Positions 29,723 to 32,000 of a stretch of DNA of 32,000 nucleotides are shown piece by piece (within the stretch, counting starts at the first letter, position 1; every line of letters starts with the position of its first letter). The notes under the pieces are model-generated. The model searched no databases, was not told where the DNA came from, and was given only the letters and a program-made list of their open reading frames with translations. This stretch comes from Vibrio alginolyticus NBRC 15630 = ATCC 17749 (lineage in GTDB: Bacteria > Pseudomonadota > Gammaproteobacteria > Enterobacterales > Vibrionaceae): positions 1,410,001 through 1,442,000 of the forward strand of contig NC_022349.1 in assembly GCF_000354175.2 (NCBI RefSeq). Direction: 5' to 3'. The translations under genes and the position numbers were made by a program.

Positions 29723-29738
29723 TGCAAAAATCACACCA
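29723..29738 (-). promoter_or_regulatory. Sigma54 (-24/-12) promoter upstream of fliK
   Basis: The minus strand reads TGGTGTGATTTTTGCA(T) against the consensus TGGCACGNNNNTTGCW, with exact spacing and a perfect -12 TTGCA. It lies about 99 nt upstream of the fliK ATG. Confidence 0.6.
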
Positions 29739-29904
29739 CAATATTGAGCCAATTCTCGGCAAGCTAATAGATGGCATGTTTATGGAACAAACATCAACAA
29801 TACTATCCGATAACCTGGTTCCTAACATGATGTACAGCTACTTGATTGACTTTGAAAAACGATAAGCGTAAACAGACACTTGGCTTAACAATTAAGGAAT
29901 CACT

Positions 29905-30219
29905 TTGAAGATCACAGAATTACGCCAATATAGAATCAAAGCAGGCAAAACAGATCAGTGGCTAAGTTGGATGAAGGAAGAACTGTTGCCCTATCAACGC
30001 TCACAAGGCATGCGTGTGCTGAATACTTACGTCCACACTGGTGATGATGGACATGACTATTTTGTTTGGCTTAGAGAGTTCGACAATGAACAAGCACGCC
30101 AGGCTCTCTACGAAGAAACATACAACGAGTGGTGGGTTCGCGAGATTCGACCGAAGGTATTTGAGCTAATTGAACAAGACTCAATCAAAGTTACCTTACT
30201 TGAATCGGTAGAGATGTAG
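29905..30219 (+). CDS. Small NIPSNAP-like / dimeric alpha-beta-barrel family protein (104 aa), function unknown
   Basis: TTG start with AAGGA (29894-29898) 6 nt upstream and an in-frame stop at 29893-29895. The pattern ITELRQYRIKAGKTDQWLSWMKE...YFVWLREFDNEQARQALYEETYNEWW resembles the NIPSNAP domain (ELRxYxxKPG...W...). It is the only plus-strand gene within the flagellar region. Confidence 0.6.
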   Translation: MKITELRQYRIKAGKTDQWLSWMKEELLPYQRSQGMRVLNTYVHTGDDGHDYFVWLREFDNEQARQALYEETYNEWWVREIRPKVFELIEQDSIKVTLLESVEM

Positions 30220-30259
30220 TCAACTGCAACACCGTAATGCAATATCGAACCGATAACCT

Positions 30260-30703
30260 TTAGAAACGATGTGGTTTTCGACTGTAAAGTAAGGTGGAAA
30301 ACTCGTCCATTTGCTTTTGTTCGCGCTTAGCTTCAGCAAGTTGTTTCTCTTTTTCGCGTTTGTCTATCATCCACTCATAGGATTTGCGTTCTTTACGCAC
30401 GGTTAACCAATATTCTTTACAGTTTTCAACCTGCTCTTTGAAATGACTTTCTGCTTGCTTTTGCTTAGATAAAGTCTCATCTAGCTGGGTAAGGAATCGA
30501 TTTAGGTGTCCATATTGACTTGCCGTTAGGCCCGCCTGACCACGGTCGACGAGTTGCTGGCAATAATCAAGCCGATACTTTTCAATTTGTTCAACCTGAC
30601 GGTAATAATCTTCGAGTTCAGAACGCGCTTTGTTCAGTGCAAGCACAGCTTGGTCTTCACGATCCTTCGTTTGCTCAAGTAGAAACTCCATCGCATTATT
30701 CAT
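30260..30703 (-). CDS. fliJ: Flagellar export chaperone/stalk protein FliJ
   Basis: 147-aa all-helical coiled-coil protein (ALNKARSELEDYYRQVEQIEKYRLDY...) immediately downstream of fliI. Confidence 0.85.
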   Translation of the reverse strand: MNNAMEFLLEQTKDREDQAVLALNKARSELEDYYRQVEQIEKYRLDYCQQLVDRGQAGLTASQYGHLNRFLTQLDETLSKQKQAESHFKEQVENCKEYWLTVRKERKSYEWMIDKREKEKQLAEAKREQKQMDEFSTLLYSRKPHRF

Positions 30704-30709
30704 GCGCTA

Positions 30710-32000
30710 TCACCCACCCAAAATGTTTCTAAGCATATTGACGCACATATCGTATGGCACCGATTCTTTCATGCTCTGCTGCAAGTATTCGTCTAACTTC
30801 GGTTTCAAAGTAAATGCGCCATCAATAGCAGGATCGGTACCCGGTTTGTACGCTCCAATCGAGACCAAATCTTGATTCTTGCGACAAATAGACAAGACCT
30901 GTCGCACCGCTTTTGACATCAGAACGTGCTCTTCGGTCGTGATTTGCGGCATAACACGGCTCACCGACTTCTCGACATCAATCGCCGGATAATGGCCTGC
31001 ATCCGCCATTTCACGAGAAAGTACAATATGGCCATCAAGAATAGCTCGCGATGCATCCGCTATCGGATCTTGCAAATCATCCCCTTCGGTCAACACGGTA
31101 AAGAACGCCGTAATCGAGCCTTGCTCGGCACTTCCATTACCCGCTCGCTCAACCAGCGCTGGCAGCTTGGCAAATACAGAAGGCGGGTAACCTTTCGTCG
31201 CTGGCGGCTCACCAACAGAAAGTGCGATTTCACGCTGTGCTTGTGCAAAACGAGTCAACGAGTCCATCAATAGCAGAACATCTAACCCTTGGTCCCGGAA
31301 GTATTCAGCAATCGTTAATGCCGTTTGGCACCCCTTTAAGCGCATTAGAGGTGAAGCATCGGCAGGCGCCGCGACCACCACTGAGCGGCGACGACCATCC
31401 TCACCCAAGATCTCTTCGATGAACTCTTTAACTTCACGTCCACGCTCACCTATCAGGCCGACGACCACAACCTGTGCGGTGGTGCCTCGCGTCATCATGC
31501 CAAGCGTGACCGATTTACCCACACCAGAACCTGCAAACAGACCGATACGCTGACCTTTACCAACCGTCAACAAACCATTGATGGCTTTTAGGCCAACATC
31601 GAGCGGTTCAGAAATTGGTTTTCGAGCCAACGGGTTGATCGGCTCGGCATTAAAAGAGGCACGGTGATCGGTATACAAAGGGCCAAGTCCATCAAGTGGA
31701 TTCCCAACCCCGTCTATCACGCGCCCAAGTAACTCCATGCCGACAGGCAAACCAGCGTCACTGGTTAAAGGGGTGACTCTCGCGCCAGGTAAAATGCCCG
31801 TAATTTGTTCGCTTGGCATTAAAAATAGGTTGTCACCTGAAAAGCCGACAACCTCGGCTTCCATCTGACCTGACATGGTTTCCACTAAGCATAAACTGCC
31901 AATTGGTGAGCGACAGCCGGTCGCTTCCAACGTTAACCCAACCACACGCACCAGTTTGCCAGAGGCGACAGGGCGCGTCGTAAGGCCTTCAACTTTGTAG
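30710..32000 (-). CDS. fliI: Flagellum-specific ATPase FliI (N-terminus outside the window)
   Basis: Walker A GSGVGKS and Walker [13 protein letters not shown]. The frame remains open to position 32000 (...[28 protein letters not shown]), so the M listed at 31951 is an internal GTG (Val). Confidence 0.93.
   Translation of the reverse strand, partial: YKVEGLTTRPVASGKLVRVVGLTLEATGCRSPIGSLCLVETMSGQMEAEVVGFSGDNLFLMPSEQITGILPGARVTPLTSDAGLPVGMELLGRVIDGVGNPLDGLGPLYTDHRASFNAEPINPLARKPISEPLDVGLKAINGLLTVGKGQRIGLFAGSGVGKSVTLGMMTRGTTAQVVVVGLIGERGREVKEFIEEILGEDGRRRSVVVAAPADASPLMRLKGCQTALTIAEYFRDQGLDVLLLMDSLTRFAQAQREIALSVGEPPATKGYPPSVFAKLPALVERAGNGSAEQGSITAFFTVLTEGDDLQDPIADASRAILDGHIVLSREMADAGHYPAIDVEKSVSRVMPQITTEEHVLMSKAVRQVLSICRKNQDLVSIGAYKPGTDPAIDGAFTLKPKLDEYLQQSMKESVPYDMCVNMLRNILGG

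Noticed and set aside
29806-29813. A plus-strand TCCGATAA string, a sigma28 -10-like element, lies 92 nt upstream of the NIPSNAP-like gene.
   Set aside because: The corresponding -35 position reads ACAAACAT, with no resemblance to TAAAGTTT, so there is insufficient support for a FliA-dependent promoter.

Overview
This window looks like Vibrionaceae core chromosome, judged from gene content and my recollection of similarity to V. cholerae and V. parahaemolyticus proteins. Reading left to right it holds: the 3' end of fadL (+); mlaA/vacJ (-); a complete system I cytochrome c maturation operon, ccmABCDEFGHI (-); and a long minus-strand polar-flagellum and chemotaxis region. In transcription order that region runs fliI (partial), fliJ, fliKLMNOPQR, flhB, flhA, flhF, flhG, fliA, cheY, cheZ, cheA, cheB, a ParA-like ATPase (ParC), a CheW-like partner (ParP), cheW and a DUF2802-type gene. 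Most junctions are tight or overlapping, which implies translational coupling. Three hairpin plus T-run terminators and two well-spaced sigma54 (-24/-12) promoter matches, upstream of flhA and fliK, divide the region into transcription units. I found no rRNA, tRNA, CRISPR array, transposase, integrase or defence-type genes, and no convincing new multi-gene system, so this is an ordinary conserved region. Five things merit a second look. (1) A lone plus-strand NIPSNAP-like ORF sits between fliJ and fliK. (2) The ParP linker contains a perfect hexanucleotide (Pro-Glu)n microsatellite. (3) A triplicated about 18-aa motif occupies the place of a globular P2 domain in CheA. (4) Structured spacers lie between cheY and cheZ, between fliK and fliL, and at the fliA/cheY junction. 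(5) An uncharacterised DUF2802 gene ends the che operon. All calls come from reading the sequence and motif recognition; no database search was run.
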